Source: Paragordius varius
Lineage: Eukaryota; Animalia; Nematomorpha
Length of the DNA: 64,000 nt
Direction: 5' to 3'
Assembly: GCA_964247055.1 (NCBI GenBank)
Contig: OZ176052.1
Location: forward strand, 9,176,001-9,240,000
The translations under genes and the position numbers were made by a program. This document shows, piece after piece, positions 23,275 to 36,574 of the stretch (position 1 is the stretch's first letter; each line of letters opens with the position of its first letter). The notes beneath the pieces are model-generated. The model was not told the DNA's origin, made no database searches, and was given only the letters and a program-made list of their open reading frames with translations.

Positions 23275-26200
23275 ATGTTACATAATTTATACTATTTTTT
23301 CATGATAGTTTCTTTATCTATAAAATACAGTCAATGTCATCACGATCTTTTGCATTTATGCGAATATGATAATGTCAATGAATCATATTTTGAAATAGAT
23401 GAAATTCACCTAAAATATACCAACAATGCCCTGTCTACTGATATAAAATTTTTACTATCAAATGAAACAATTGGTATTGTGGCAGGATCTCCTATTGAAT
23501 CCATAAATAGATTAATAAATGATACCAAATGGATTAAAATCAATATTGATTGGGGCAGAGATCATGCTTGTGATCAACTCGAATTAAAATACAATACATC
23601 TGGTATATTTTACCAGTCCTTTAAAAATTATACGGTAAAAAATTTATTTATTTAAATTCAAATTATTTTATTTATTTTATGCATATTGGAGAGTTTAAAC
23701 TTTTTGCTAACACAACCCTATTTTGTGGGGAAAAAATTTAAAACTTCCTTGAAATAGGATTAAAATATATGATATATTTAAATTATAAACAGCGCACATT
23801 AAAAATATCTTGATGCATATTTATTCTGATAGATAAATATATAAGGTCTAATGGTGCCTTAAGTTTTGGGGCGAATGAAAGTTATTTATTGTATAATTGC
23901 TCAATATAGAATAGCAAAATTAACGATTTTATTAAATATTTTTTTGACCAATTGCTACATTCCAAATATCACTAAAATATATCATTTAAATAGATTAAAA
24001 GTGAGACAATATTTTTATAATTTTTTTTCGATAAAGCTGAACTACCTCATAATGATTAGTTTAGCTTACTTTTAAATTTGAGTAAGATTTTGTTTAAACC
24101 CAATGTATTTAAAAATGATGTAAAAGCAAGCCAACCTTTTATACAAAGTTCTGAGGTATCATGGAATTAAATATAAAAAGCGTTTTTATTATACTAAATC
24201 AGTTTTATATCGTTATACCATGCTTAATAAACAGAATTTCCTATAAATTAAATTTTTTACTATAATATCAATTTTTATTTTTATTTTTTTTTAAAATTTA
24301 CAATATATTTTAAAATTCTATTGCGCATTATCGGCATTTACATTGGTTTAACACTTGTTTGCAACACACTCACTTCAGTCCTTCAATTTAAATTGATTGG
24401 GGACCCCAAGCCTGTTTAAACTCAATATTTCTTAAAATATGGAACAAATTGAAATAATTGCAAACACACTTATATAAAATTGATGCACCGAAATAAAAAA
24501 GATTTAAAAAACTTATTACTCATTTTATGGATAAACCTCAAAATAAACATTTATTCAATATGCCATGTGTGCATTAACTAGATGTAAAAATAACGCAAAC
24601 CACTTCCTTTGTTTATATCAATTTTAGATGGAAAATTAGCTTTTATTTTAGCGTTAGAATCAAATAACACGATATTTTGCAAAAATGTTGTAAAATAAAA
24701 ATGGAGTCGAAATAGTTTAGTAAAAAACCTTTTTTAAAATGGCTTATTTTATAATTTTAATTAGGAGAGAACTATAAATTTAAATTGGAACCGTTTGGTT
24801 TTTAAAATATCTATTAGAGTCACTATCCCAATTTAAATCGAAGAGTTAGGAAATGTTGCCCACTTAAAAGGGTCCAAATCCACATCTATTTTTTTTCAAA
24901 AATAATTTTTCGATTTATCTATATGTTTTTATATATATAGTTAATGATATATTTTAATGAAATTGTTGGAAGCACTCATTATCAATTTTTTTAAAAATGT
25001 GGGCTAACTTTGCGATTTTTCGATATCGAACAATTACCACAAAAATGCAAATTAGTTTCTTATATCACCGTGAGCCCCGAACCATAATCATTAGGAGAAT
25101 CCTGATTTATCGATCAGAACATATATATTTTATTAAGATATTTTTTATAACCCTGATTTCGTGCATAGTGTAATCTATGGCTTTATCCATTTATATGATT
25201 CTATGGTCCAATCTTTTTGATTTTTTTATAAAATTGTGCAATGCTCAACTAGAAATCTTTGCAGACAAATTTGTGTTTTTCTATAATCAGATATCAATTA
25301 ACTGTATTTATTGGCACCGAATTCTATTATTATTAACAATCTGCGGTGTGCCTCAATTAGATTTTGGAAGCTATCATAATTTTAAACTGTATCAATCTAT
25401 AAATATAAAGCTTTTTTGTTTTGTTTATAAATCTATATTTTTATAAAAATGGAAAATGCTGACTTTGTGATCTGTTTTCGGTAAACCGGTATACCCATTC
25501 AAATTCAAATATCGAAAAAATATTATCATTAATGAATGCCCAGACAACAGCTTCGCCCTTTTTTTGAATTAGGCCCCGAGTTTCGGGCCCACCCCGTGTA
25601 AAAAACGGTTTTTTAGAAAACAGAAGTCCACAAAAATCGTGTCTTTGAGACAATTTTCCGGAGAACATGTTGGACCATTCAATTTCAAGTATTTTTTTAC
25701 CTATTTTCGATTGCGCCGAACATAGTCGGCTCGCTTTTTTAATTTAGGCCCACTTTTTACCCGCACCCCCCGTGAAAGGCCATTTTTTAAGTCCACAAAA
25801 ATAATTTTTTGAATCTATTTTTCGTCCAAGGTATAAGACCGTAAAAATTCAATAAGGATTCCAGGTATTCCCTTTTAAAAGGCAAAAATTTTAGTCAAGC
25901 GTTTCTTTAATAATAGCTGCTGGGTAAGGAGCTGCACGCGAAAAACTGACCCGTCATATCGAAATAGCGTGCTTTTGGGGCTAAATTTCAAAAAACCTAT
26001 CAGGCCATATGAATTAAATAACTGATTAAAGTATTACCCGTAAAACGTCAAAAATTTAAGTCGAGCGGATGTTTTAAATTAGCCGTTAATTAGGCCCTTC
26101 ACGTCCTAAAAAATGCGCCACCATAGAATAATTTTTTAATTTTGAGGCAATTTTTCCGAAAACTAATGAGAGCATATGAAATCAATTATGTACCAGGTAT

Positions 26201-28192
26201 TCTCCGTAAAAAGGCAAAATTTTAATCAAGCGCTTTTTTGTATCAGCCTCTGGGTAGCAGCCTACAACTGCGCGACCATATCAAAATTGCCTTGTTTAGG
26301 AGTTAATTTTCGGAAAACTTATCAGGCCATAGTTTTATAAGGGCATGAAATATTACCCGTAAAAAGGCAAAAATTTAAGTCGAGATTAGCCGTTAAATAG
26401 GCCCTTTACGCCCTAAAAAATGCCCTATCATTGAACTATTATTTAGTTTTGAAGCCATTCTTCCATAAACTATTAAAAGCATACGGAATGAATGATGATT
26501 CCAGGTTCCCATATAAAGGCAAAAATATTATCGAACGTCTTTTTGTTATTGGCCTCTGGGTAGGAAGCTACCCGCCTACAATTGCGCCACCATATCGATA
26601 CAATGTGACTTTGGAGACAAATTTTAGAAAACTTATCAGGCCATATGATTTCAATAAAGGCTTGAAATATTACCCGTAAAAAGCAAAAATTTAAGTAAAG
26701 CAGTTTTAAATTACCCCTTAATTAGGTCCTTGCCCCTAAAAATGCGCCACAATAGAATGACTTTTTGGTTTTGAGGCAATTTTTCGAAAATCCCACGAGA
26801 GCATATGAAATCAATTATGATACCAGGTATTACCCAAATTAAGGCAAAATATAATAATCGAGCGTTTTTTGTTTCGCCACTGGTTAGGGGGCTACCCGCG
26901 TTAAATTGCATCACCATATCGATACAGCATGCCTTTGGAGCCAAATCTCAGAAAACTTGTGAGGCTATGTGAATTCAATAAGGGCCTAAAATATTTATTA
27001 CCATTTATAAAACAAATATTTTAGTATTGGGGGTCTATTTTAATGAGTCGCTAAGAAAAGTTTTACGCCCTCGAAAATCGCCGCCATAGAACAATTTTTT
27101 GGTTTTGAAGCAATATTTCCAAGAACTTATAGGATATGGACATTGTAATTCCAGATGTTCCCCATATAAAGACAAAAGTTTGCCCGACGTTTTTTTATAC
27201 CTGCCTATCGGTTAGAAGCTACCCGCCAAAAACTGTGCCACTATATAAAAATTGCGTTATTTTGGAAGTAATTTAAAGCTTATTCCATATGAGCTCATTT
27301 AAGATTCGAAATATTACCCGTAACCAGGTAAAAAATAAGGTCAGGCCTTTTTTTATTAGCCGTTAATTTGGGGCTTTTATGCCCTAAAAATACGCCATCA
27401 TATAACGATTATTTTGTATTGAGATATTTTTTCGAACCCATGAGACGTGGTCTCAAAAATGACTCCAAATATAAAAATTTAACTTAGCGCTTTTTCCATA
27501 TAGGCCTATCGGTAAGGGTCTACCGGTTTAAAACTGAAGCGCCATACAAAAATGGCGTGGCTTTGGAGATAATTTTCAAAAAATTTTAGAAGCCATACGA
27601 GGTCAATAAAGGCTTATTTTACGCTAGTAACAAATATAAATAATTATTTTTAGCAAAAAACATCAAAAAATTCGGACTAGAGCTATTATTGCTCATATCG
27701 GTATTGTAATTGGCCTAAAAAGTATTTATTTACACATCAGTTAGCATTTGTATTTTTTTTATTTTTAACAATTTCAAAATCGTAGAAATAATACAGTTTC
27801 AATTAATATGTAACAAATAATTTTAAAAATCTCATACATGTTAACAAAGGTAGAAATCAAATACCCTTAGCCATTTAAAAGAATGACATGACCAATAAAA
27901 GCTTTGTAACTGTATTTTTTGTATTTTTAAATTTCTGGAATAGTAAAACACCAAAAATGTATTCTTATATAACAAAATTTTATGTAAATAAACTGTTGAA
28001 TCAAAAATACTTAAAATTTAAATTACGCTATAAGTTTTTATTTCCTATATTTTTTATATTTTATCTATATAGCATATATTTTTCGACAAGAAAAATACTA
28101 CCTCAGCCAAAATCAAAGGATCTGAAACTAAACAAAGCTGTTCGAAACAACTTGGCACAATAAATGTCGAAGTTATAAATTGCAACCATTAA
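23275..28192 (+). CDS. Orphan secreted glycoprotein, copy 1 (2-exon model, 159 aa)
   Basis: Exon 1 23275-23634 (signal peptide MLHNLYYFFMIVSLSIKYSQC, donor ACG|gtaaaa). Exon 2 28073-28192 (pyrimidine tract + ag, phase 0, HIFFDKKNTT...NCNH*). Six N-x-S/T sites. Confidence 0.65.
24352..24845 (-). mobile_element. piggyBac-like MITE family A, degenerate
   Basis: TTAA-CACTTGTTTGCAACACACTC... at 24348; the other end reads CCCAATTTAAATCGAAGAG-TTAG. Confidence 0.8.
25430..27620 (-). repeat. 310-bp-subunit element, six-subunit copy
   Basis: Subunit anchor TTTGG(A/G)G at ~25974, 26295, 26610, 26934, 27261 and 27562 (spacing ~300-327 bp). The distal boundary is approximate. Confidence 0.85.
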
Positions 28193-29549
28193 CCACAATA
28201 TATATATCTATAATATCAATTCAATAATCGATTTAGTGATCTACTAATTTAGCTTTAAATAAATAATGATTTTCTTTTACGAAATTTAATAAAGATTACC
28301 TATTAAACTCTTCCCCATCACTCATTATGATTTTGTTAAACTGTTTTTCAGGCTTAATAGTGGTTTATGATTGGAGCATGTACAAAGAAAATGTTCAAAC
28401 TAATTAAAAAATGCTGGGTTTTCACAAGAGGTTTGACACATTTACTATTTATACTAAAAAATAGACATTAAAAAATGTAATAAATAATTCAGGGACATAA
28501 AAAAGCAATTTTAGGCCACCTACGCCTAAGGTCATACCAAGGAGGAATATTTGGAGTTGAGCTATAAATAATCTTAGCAATAAAAAAATGAAATGTTAGA
28601 TTATTACAAGGGATATATTAAAAATGTAGGAAATCTAATAATTTATTGATGATTTAACCATACCTTTTTAATTTGGCCCCACAACGTGTGACAATAGGGG
28701 TTTAAATAAACACAGGTATCCAAAAATATGTTTATGACAAGGGTGTCCAACACGCTGCCTCCGATATATGCGACCCGCGAAAAATCTGAAATACCAAAAT
28801 AGAAAATCCATAGATAATTTTATGAATAAGTTTTTTTAATTAGTTACGTAAATTAGTGAAGCAAATAGTATTCATTAAAATACGCAATTTTTTGGCGACA
28901 CCATCTTTATATTTAATAACAAAATTATATGAATATCATTATTATTAGCCTACTATTGCAATTAGAAGTCATAGTACTTAATATCAAGCAATTGGTGGCT
29001 TTATGAAACGAAAATTTTAAGAGGACATCTCATACTATGACACGTGGTAAACACTGTTTTCTTTAGTGTTATAAAACCACCAATTGCTTGATATGAAACT
29101 ATAATTTCTAATTGTAATGGTAGGCTAATAATAATAATATTATGTTGTTTTTAAATAGTAATTATGATTTTTTCCATTTTTTTCAGTTTAAATTATAACT
29201 GATAATAATTAATGACGATATATTTGTCAAATACGGGCCGCCTGATTTTTTAAGAAAATGCGGTCCGCGAAGCCATTTCAGACAACTTTCCAGAAAACAT
29301 GCTGGGCTATGAAGAGAAAATTTTCAATCCAATATGAATGCGTAGTCTAGCGACTTTTTTTAATAGCTTCTTTCACTCAATCATTCTGTAAAATGTCATT
29401 CGATTCAAACCAATATACTATACATGAAGATTTATTTGTTTCTCTTGAAAATTTGAGAATTACTAGCCTTATGGAAATAGTAAAATCAAATACAAAAGTT
29501 TTTTTTAATTTACTCAATCTTAATCTATATATCATATTAATAATAAGGT

Positions 29550-30850
29550 ATTGGCTTTAATAACATTTTTCAAAGACGGGTAGTCCCCGTCAAATTCAAA
29601 AGCGGAAAATTTGTATTGAATTATAAATCTGCCAACTATTGTCGAGGCATTTAATTGTAAAGCCCCACAACTTATGAAACAGTTTTTAGAAACAGAGAAG
29701 TCCTGTTTTTGAGACAATAATCCCACAAACGTGAGATCCATTAAACTAGATATTGTTTTTTACTTTCTCACGAATTCGCCGAACATAGTGGCCACTTTTT
29801 GTGGATTCTACACTCCCACCGTATGACATTTTTTTGCAAAAATTAAGTCTTAAATTTTTTAATTCCTCTGCAAGTCATGAGACTATAACAAGTCAATTGT
29901 AGGTATTCTTAGTTTAAAGGCAAAAGTTTTGTCCCAACTCATTTTTAGTTGCCGTATAGGGCACCCTCAGTAGCGCCACTATATAAAAATAACGTGGCTT
30001 AGAGCTAATTTCCGCCTAACTTATGATATTAAATAAAATATATGATGTAGTTTTCCATTAAGCAAAATTTTGTTAGCACTTTTTAAATAAAAAACTAGTT
30101 AAGGTTCCATCTGTAATGCCTAATATAAAATAACCTGTTGAGACATTTCAAAGCCATAAGACCATATAATATCTAACAATGTTTTTAAGTCTTACCGTAT
30201 TAAAGCAAAGATTTCAGCCAATGCTTTCTTTAATTTTCCAGAAATCCAACCTATGTATAATACGCTGTAATGATAACGTGTTTTGAAACAATATCTCATC
30301 TTATATTATATTAAATGGTTAAAAGTTCCTCCTATTAAGGCATTTAGGTAAGTGTTTTTTAAAATTAGCCACTAGTAAGACTCCAATCTATCTAAAATAC
30401 GCGAGAATATAGGAATTGTTTGAAACAATATCCCATCCGAGTTTAGATACTATGATAATGCATATTAAAGAAAAAATGTCATCTAGCGCGTTTCTCAAAT
30501 CAGGTACCAGGTAAAACTCGACCGTCTCTAAAATACGCCACCAAATAAAGTAGATTTAAAGCCAATTTTAGGAAAATATATGAGACCTTATGATTATAAA
30601 AATGGTCTTAGTTTCCTGTATAAAGGCTACGCCTTTTTAAATTAGCCGCTGAGTAGAACCGATCTCCGTATAATAGCCCATTATTAAAAAATTACCCATA
30701 GTTATGAGAATATATTAAAATAATAATGTTGTAAGTTTTCGCCGTATAAAGGCGAAAAATTTAATTAAGCGCTCTTCGATCAACCCCTGGGTAGGATTCC
30801 CCTATATTAAGCACGCCATCTTATAAAAAACGTAACTGTCAAGCAATACC
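29550..30850 (-). repeat. Duplicate of the diverged subunit element at 21330-22650
   Basis: Near-identical to 21330-22650. Confidence 0.65.
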
Positions 30851-31422
30851 ATGTAATATCAATCATGGTTTATGTTAGTTTATATTGCGATTGAGCTACT
30901 CACCCTTTTAATTACTTTCTGTGTTTATCCATAATGTTTACAATAAGGTATAAATATATTTTATGTTGGGTATTTTTTTTATATTAACATAAATATAAAT
31001 ATTTTAAATTTAAAAATTTAAATTATCAATTTTATAAGGGCCTAGCTAGTTTTGATCTTTTTTACAACTGCCGATTTTCATTGATGTTGAATATTAACAT
31101 AAAAGCCGACTCAAATAATAAATAAATGAAAATATTGCAAAACACTATCAGTACGATAACAATTTTATTTTTGTATCAATAGGTAAAAACAAGGTACTGT
31201 AACAATTTTATTTAGCCTTCGATACAAAATTTTGCCTATCTGTATGTTTTTTATAGGATGCAATAGTAATCAAAGCTCAAAGATAATAATAATACAATTT
31301 TCATAACAATTTTTATATAAACACCCTGTATCAGGCCCAGCAATATATTTACAATCTCCCACCTATAAAAATTAATGATTATCCATTATTTTTGATTTTT
31401 CGCTCTAGCTTTATTTTTCATT

Positions 31423-34400
31423 ATGTTACAAAATTTATACTATTTTTTCATGATAGTTTCTTTATCTATAAAATACAGTCAATGTCATCACGATCTTTTG
31501 CATTTATGCGAATATGATAATGTCAATGAATCATATTTTGAAATAGATGAAATTCACCTAAAATATACCAACAATGCCCTGTCTACTGATATAAAATTTT
31601 TACTATCAAATGAAACAATTGGTATTGTCGCAGGATCTCCTATTGAATCCATAAATAGATTAATAAATGATACCAAATGGATAAAAATCAATATTGATTG
31701 GGGCAGAGATCATGCTTGTGATCAACTCGAATTAAAATACAATACATCTGGTATATTTTACCAGTCCTTTAAAAACTATACGGTAAAAAATTTATTTATT
31801 TAAATTCAAATTATTTTATTTATTTTATGCATATTGGAGAGTTTAAACTTTTTGCTAAAACAACCCTATTTTGTGGGGAAAAAATTTAAAACTTCCTTGA
31901 AATAGGATTAAAATATATGATATATTTAAATATAAACAGCTCACACTAAAAATATCCTAATGTATATTTATTCAGATAGATAAATATATCAGGTCTGATG
32001 GTGCTTTAAGTTTTGGGGGGAACGATATAAAGTTATTCATTGTATAATTGCTCGATATAGAATAGCAAAATTAACGATTTTGTTAACTATTTTTTTGTAA
32101 AAGGCAAATGCTACATTCCAAATATCACTAATATATCATTTACATAGATTAAAAGCTAGACAATATTTATGTAAATTTTTTTTCGATGAAGCTAAACATT
32201 CACCTCAGAATTTTGATTAAAAAATTAGCTTACTTACTTTTAAATTTAGTTTTGTTTAAAACCAATGTATTTAAAAATGATGTAAAAGCAAGCCAACCTT
32301 TTATACAAAGTTCTGAGGTATCATAGAATTAAATAAAAAAAGCGTTTTTATAATACTAAATCAGTTTTATACCGTTATACCATGTTTAATAAACAAAATT
32401 TCCTATAAGTTAAATTTTTAACTAAAATATCAATATTTATTTTAATTTTTTTAAAATTTAGAATTATTTTAAAATTCTATTGCTCATTATCGGCATTTAC
32501 ATTAATTTAACACTTGGATGCAACACACTCATTTCAGTCCTTCGATTCAAATTGAGGTATGGGGACCCCAAGCCTGTTTAACTCAATATTTCTAAAAATA
32601 TGGAACAAATTGAAATAATTGCAAACACACTTATATAAATTGATGCACCGATATAAAAAAGATTTGAAAAACTTATTACTCATTTTATGGATAAACCTCA
32701 AAATAAAAATTTATTCAATATGCCATGTGTGCATTAACTAGATATAAAAATAACGCAAACCACTTCCTTTGTTTATATCAATTATAGATGGCATTAAATA
32801 AAAAATTAGCTTTTATTTTAGCGTTAGAATCAAATAACACGATATTTTGCAAAAATGTTGTAAAATAAAAATGGAGTCGAAATAGTTTAGTAAAAAACCT
32901 TTTTTAAAATGGCTTATTTTATAATTTTAATTAGGAGAGAACTATAAATTTAAATTGGAACCGCTTGGTTTTTAAAATATCTATTAGAGTCACTATCCCA
33001 ATTTGAATCGAAGAGTTAGGAAATGTTGCCCACTTAAAAGGGTCCAAATCCACATCTACTTATTTTACAAAAATAATTTTTCGATTTATCTATATGTTTA
33101 TATATATAGTTAATGATATATTATAATAAAATTGTTGGAAGCACTCATTATCAATTTTTCTAAAAATGGGGGCTAACTTTGCGATTTTTCGATATCGAAC
33201 AATTACCTCAAAAATGCAAATTAGTTTCTTATATCACCGTGAGCCCCGAACCATAATCATTAGGAGAATCCTGATTTATCGATCAGAACATATATATTTT
33301 ATTAAGATATTTTTTATAACCCTGATTTCGTGCATAGTGTAATCTATGGCTTTATCCATTTATATGATTCTATGGTCCAATCTTTTTGATTTTTCTATAA
33401 AATTGTGCAATGCTCAACTAGAACTCTTTGCAGACAAATTTGTGTTTTTCTATAATCATATATCAATTAACTGTATATTTTGGCACCGAATTCTATTATT
33501 ATTAACAATCTGCGGTGTGCCTCAATTAGATTTTGGAAGCTATCATAATTTTAAACTGTATCAATCTATAAATATAAATGAATGCTTTTTTGTTATGTTT
33601 ATAAATCTATATATTTATAAAAATGGAAAATGCTGACTTTGTGATCTGTTTTCGGAAAACCGGTATACCCATTCAAATCCAAATATCGAAAAAATATAAT
33701 CATTAATGAATGCTGAGACAATAGCTTCGCCCTTTTTTTGAATTAGGCCCCGAGTTTCGGGCCCACCCCGTGTAAAAAACGGTTTTTTAAAACAGAAGTC
33801 CACAAAAATCGTGTCTTTGAGACAATTTTCCGGAGAACATGTTGGACCATTTAATTTCAAATTTTTGATTACTATTTTCGATTGCGCCGAACATAGTCGG
33901 CTCGCTTTTTTAATTTAGGCCCTCTTTTTTCCCGCACCCCCCGTAAAATGCCATTTTTTAAGTCCACAAAAATCGTGTTTTTGAGAGAATTTTCAGTAGA
34001 ACGTGTTGGACCATTCAATTTCAAATATGATTTTTGTTTACCTATTGTCGATTGCGCCGAACATAGTCGGCTCGTTTTTTAATTTAAGCCCTCTTTTTAC
34101 CCTCACCCCCCGTAAAATGCTATTTTTTAAGTCCACAAAAATAATTTTTTGAATCTATTTTTCGCCCAAGGTATGAGACCGTAAAAATTTAATAAGGATT
34201 CCAGGTATTACCTTTTAAAAGGCAAAAATTTTAGTCAAGCGTCTCTTTGATGATAGCCGCTGGGTAAGGAGCTACACTCGAAAAACTGATCCGTCATATC
34301 GAAATAGCGTGCTTTTGGGGCTAAATTTCAAAAAACCTATCAAGCCATATGAATTAAATAGCTGATTAAAGTATTACCCGTAAAAAGTCAAAAATTTAAG

Positions 34401-36574
34401 TCGAGCGATTTTAAATTAGCCGTTAATTAGGCCCTTCACGTCCTGAAAAATGCGCCACCATAGAATAATTTTTTAATTTTGAGGCAGTTTTTCCGAAAAC
34501 TAATGAGAGCATATGAAATCAATTATGATACCAGGTATTCTCCGTAAAAAGGCAAATTTTAATCAAGCGCTTTTTTGTATCAGCCTCTGGGTAGCAGCCT
34601 ACAACTGCGCGACCATATCAAAATTGCCTTGTTTAGGAGTTAATTTTCGGAAAACTTATCAGGCCATAGTTTTATAAGGGCATGAAATATTACCCGTAAA
34701 AAGGCAAAAATTTAAGTCGAGATTAGCCGTTAAATAGGCCCTTTACGCCCTAAAAAATGCCCTATCATTGAACTATTATTTAGTTTTGAAGCCATTCTTC
34801 CATAAACTATTAAAAGCATACGGAATGAATGATGATTCCAGGTTCCCATATAAAGGCAAAAATATTATCGAACGTCTTTTTGTTATTGGCCTCTGGGTAG
34901 GAAGCTACCCGCCTACAATTGCGCCACCATATCGATACAATGTGACTTTGGAGACAAATTTTAGAAAACTTATCAGGCCATATGATTTCAATAAAGGCTT
35001 GAAATATTACCCGTAAAAAGCAAAAATTTAAGTAAAGCGGTTTTATTAAATTACCCCTTAATTAGGTCCTTGCCCCTAAAAATGCGCCACAATAGAATGA
35101 CTTTTTGGTTTTGAGGCAATTTTTCGAAAATCCCACGAGAGCATATGGAATTAATTATTATGATACCAGGTATTACCCAAATTAAAGCAAAATATAATAA
35201 TCGAGCGTTTTTTTTGTTTCGCCCCTGGTTAGGGGGCTACCCGCGTTAAATAGCATCACCATATCGATACAGCATGCCTTTGAAGCCAAATCTCAGAAAA
35301 CTTGTCAGGCTATGTGAGTTCAATAAGGGCCTAAAATATTTATTACCATTTATAAAACAAATATTTTAGTATTGGGGGCCTATTTCAATGAGTCGGTAAG
35401 AAAAATTTTACACCCTCAAAAATCACCGCCATAGAACAATTTTTTGGTTTTGAAGCAATATTTCCAAGAACTTATAGGATATGGACATTGTAATTCCAGA
35501 TGTTCCCCATATAAAGACAAAAGTTTGCCCGACGTTTTTTTATACCTGCCTATCGGTTAGAAGCTACCCGCCAAAAACTGTGCCACTATATAAAAATTGC
35601 GTTATTTTGGAAGTAATTTAAAGCTTATTCCATATGAGCTCATTTAAGATTCGAAATATTACCTGTAACCAGGTAAAAAATAAGGTCAGGCCTTTTTTTA
35701 TTAGCCGTTAATTTGGGGCTTTTATGCCCTAAAAATACGCCATCATATAACGATTATTTTGTATTGAGATATTTTTTCGAACCCATGAGACGTGGTCTCA
35801 AAAATGACTCCAAATATAAAAATTTAACTTAGCGCTTTTTCCATATAGGCCTATCGGTAAGGGTCTACCGGTTTAAAACTGAAGCGCCATACAAAAATGG
35901 CGTGGCTTTGGAGATAATTTTCAAAAAATTTTAGAAGCCATACGAGGTCAATAAAGGCTTATTTTACGCTAGTAACAAATATAAATAATTATTTTTAGCA
36001 AAAAACATCAAAAAATTCGGACTAGAGCTATTATTGCTCATATCGGTATTGTAATTGGCCTAAAAAGTATTTATTTACACATCAGTTAGCATTTGTATTT
36101 TTTTTATTTTTAACAATTTCAAAATCGTAGAAATAATACAGTTTCAATTAATATGTAACAAATAATTTTAAAAATCTCATACATGTTAACAAAGGTAGAA
36201 ATCAAATACCCTTAGCCATTTAAAAGAATGACATGACCAATAAAAGCTTTGTAACTGTATTTTTTGTATTTTTAAATTTTTGGAATAGTAAAACACCAAA
36301 AATGTATTCTTATATAACAAAATTTTATGTAAATAAACTGTTGAATATCATTTCGCTGCCAAAGAAAGTTACATGGTATTTGTCAAAAATACTTAAAATT
36401 TAAATTACGCTATAAGTTTTTATTTCCTATATTTTATATACATAATCTATATAGCATATATTTTTCGATAAGAAAAATACTACCTCAGCCAAAATCAAAG
36501 GATCTGAAACTAAACAAAGCTGTTCGAAACAACTTGGCACAATAAATGTCGAAGTTATAAATTGCAACCATTAA
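31423..36574 (+). CDS. Orphan secreted glycoprotein, copy 2 (2-exon model, 159 aa)
   Basis: Exons 31423-31782 and 36455-36574. Five nucleotide differences from copy 1, four of them synonymous. Confidence 0.65.
32511..33015 (-). mobile_element. piggyBac-like MITE family A (duplicate of 24352-24845)
   Basis: TTAA(32507-10)-CACTTGGATGCAACACACTCATTTCAGTCCTTCGATTCAAATTG; the other end is CCCAATTTGAATCGAAGAG. Confidence 0.85.
33610..35960 (-). repeat. 310-bp-subunit element, six-subunit copy with an extra ~165-bp internal tandem duplication
   Basis: Collinear with 25430-27620. The AGTCCACAAAAAT...CGCCGAACATAGTCGGC block is present twice (anchors ~33798, 33961, 34130). Confidence 0.85.

Larger units (their letters stand above)
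20208..28418 (+). repeat. Tandem segmental duplication, unit 1 (~8.2 kb)
   Basis: Collinear with 28419-36810 along its whole length; TTTTCA occurs at the start (20208), junction (28419) and end (36805). Confidence 0.95.

Noticed and set aside
23602-23615. 14-nt GT-AG segment (gtatattttaccag) in the secreted-protein exon
   Set aside because: Splicing it creates an immediate stop; the donor at 23635 fits the downstream phase-0 exon.
25177-25446. 89-aa hydrophobic ORF duplicated at 33346-33636
   Set aside because: It lies in the intron of the secreted-protein model, has AT-driven composition, its copies diverge at the C-terminus, and no splice or family support was found.
26431-26679. 82-aa ORF identical at 34768-35016, plus other short ORFs in 1-1534, 25441-26944 and 63026-63327
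   Set aside because: They lie within the subunit repeat; the identity reflects duplication, and the frames are not kept in other copies.
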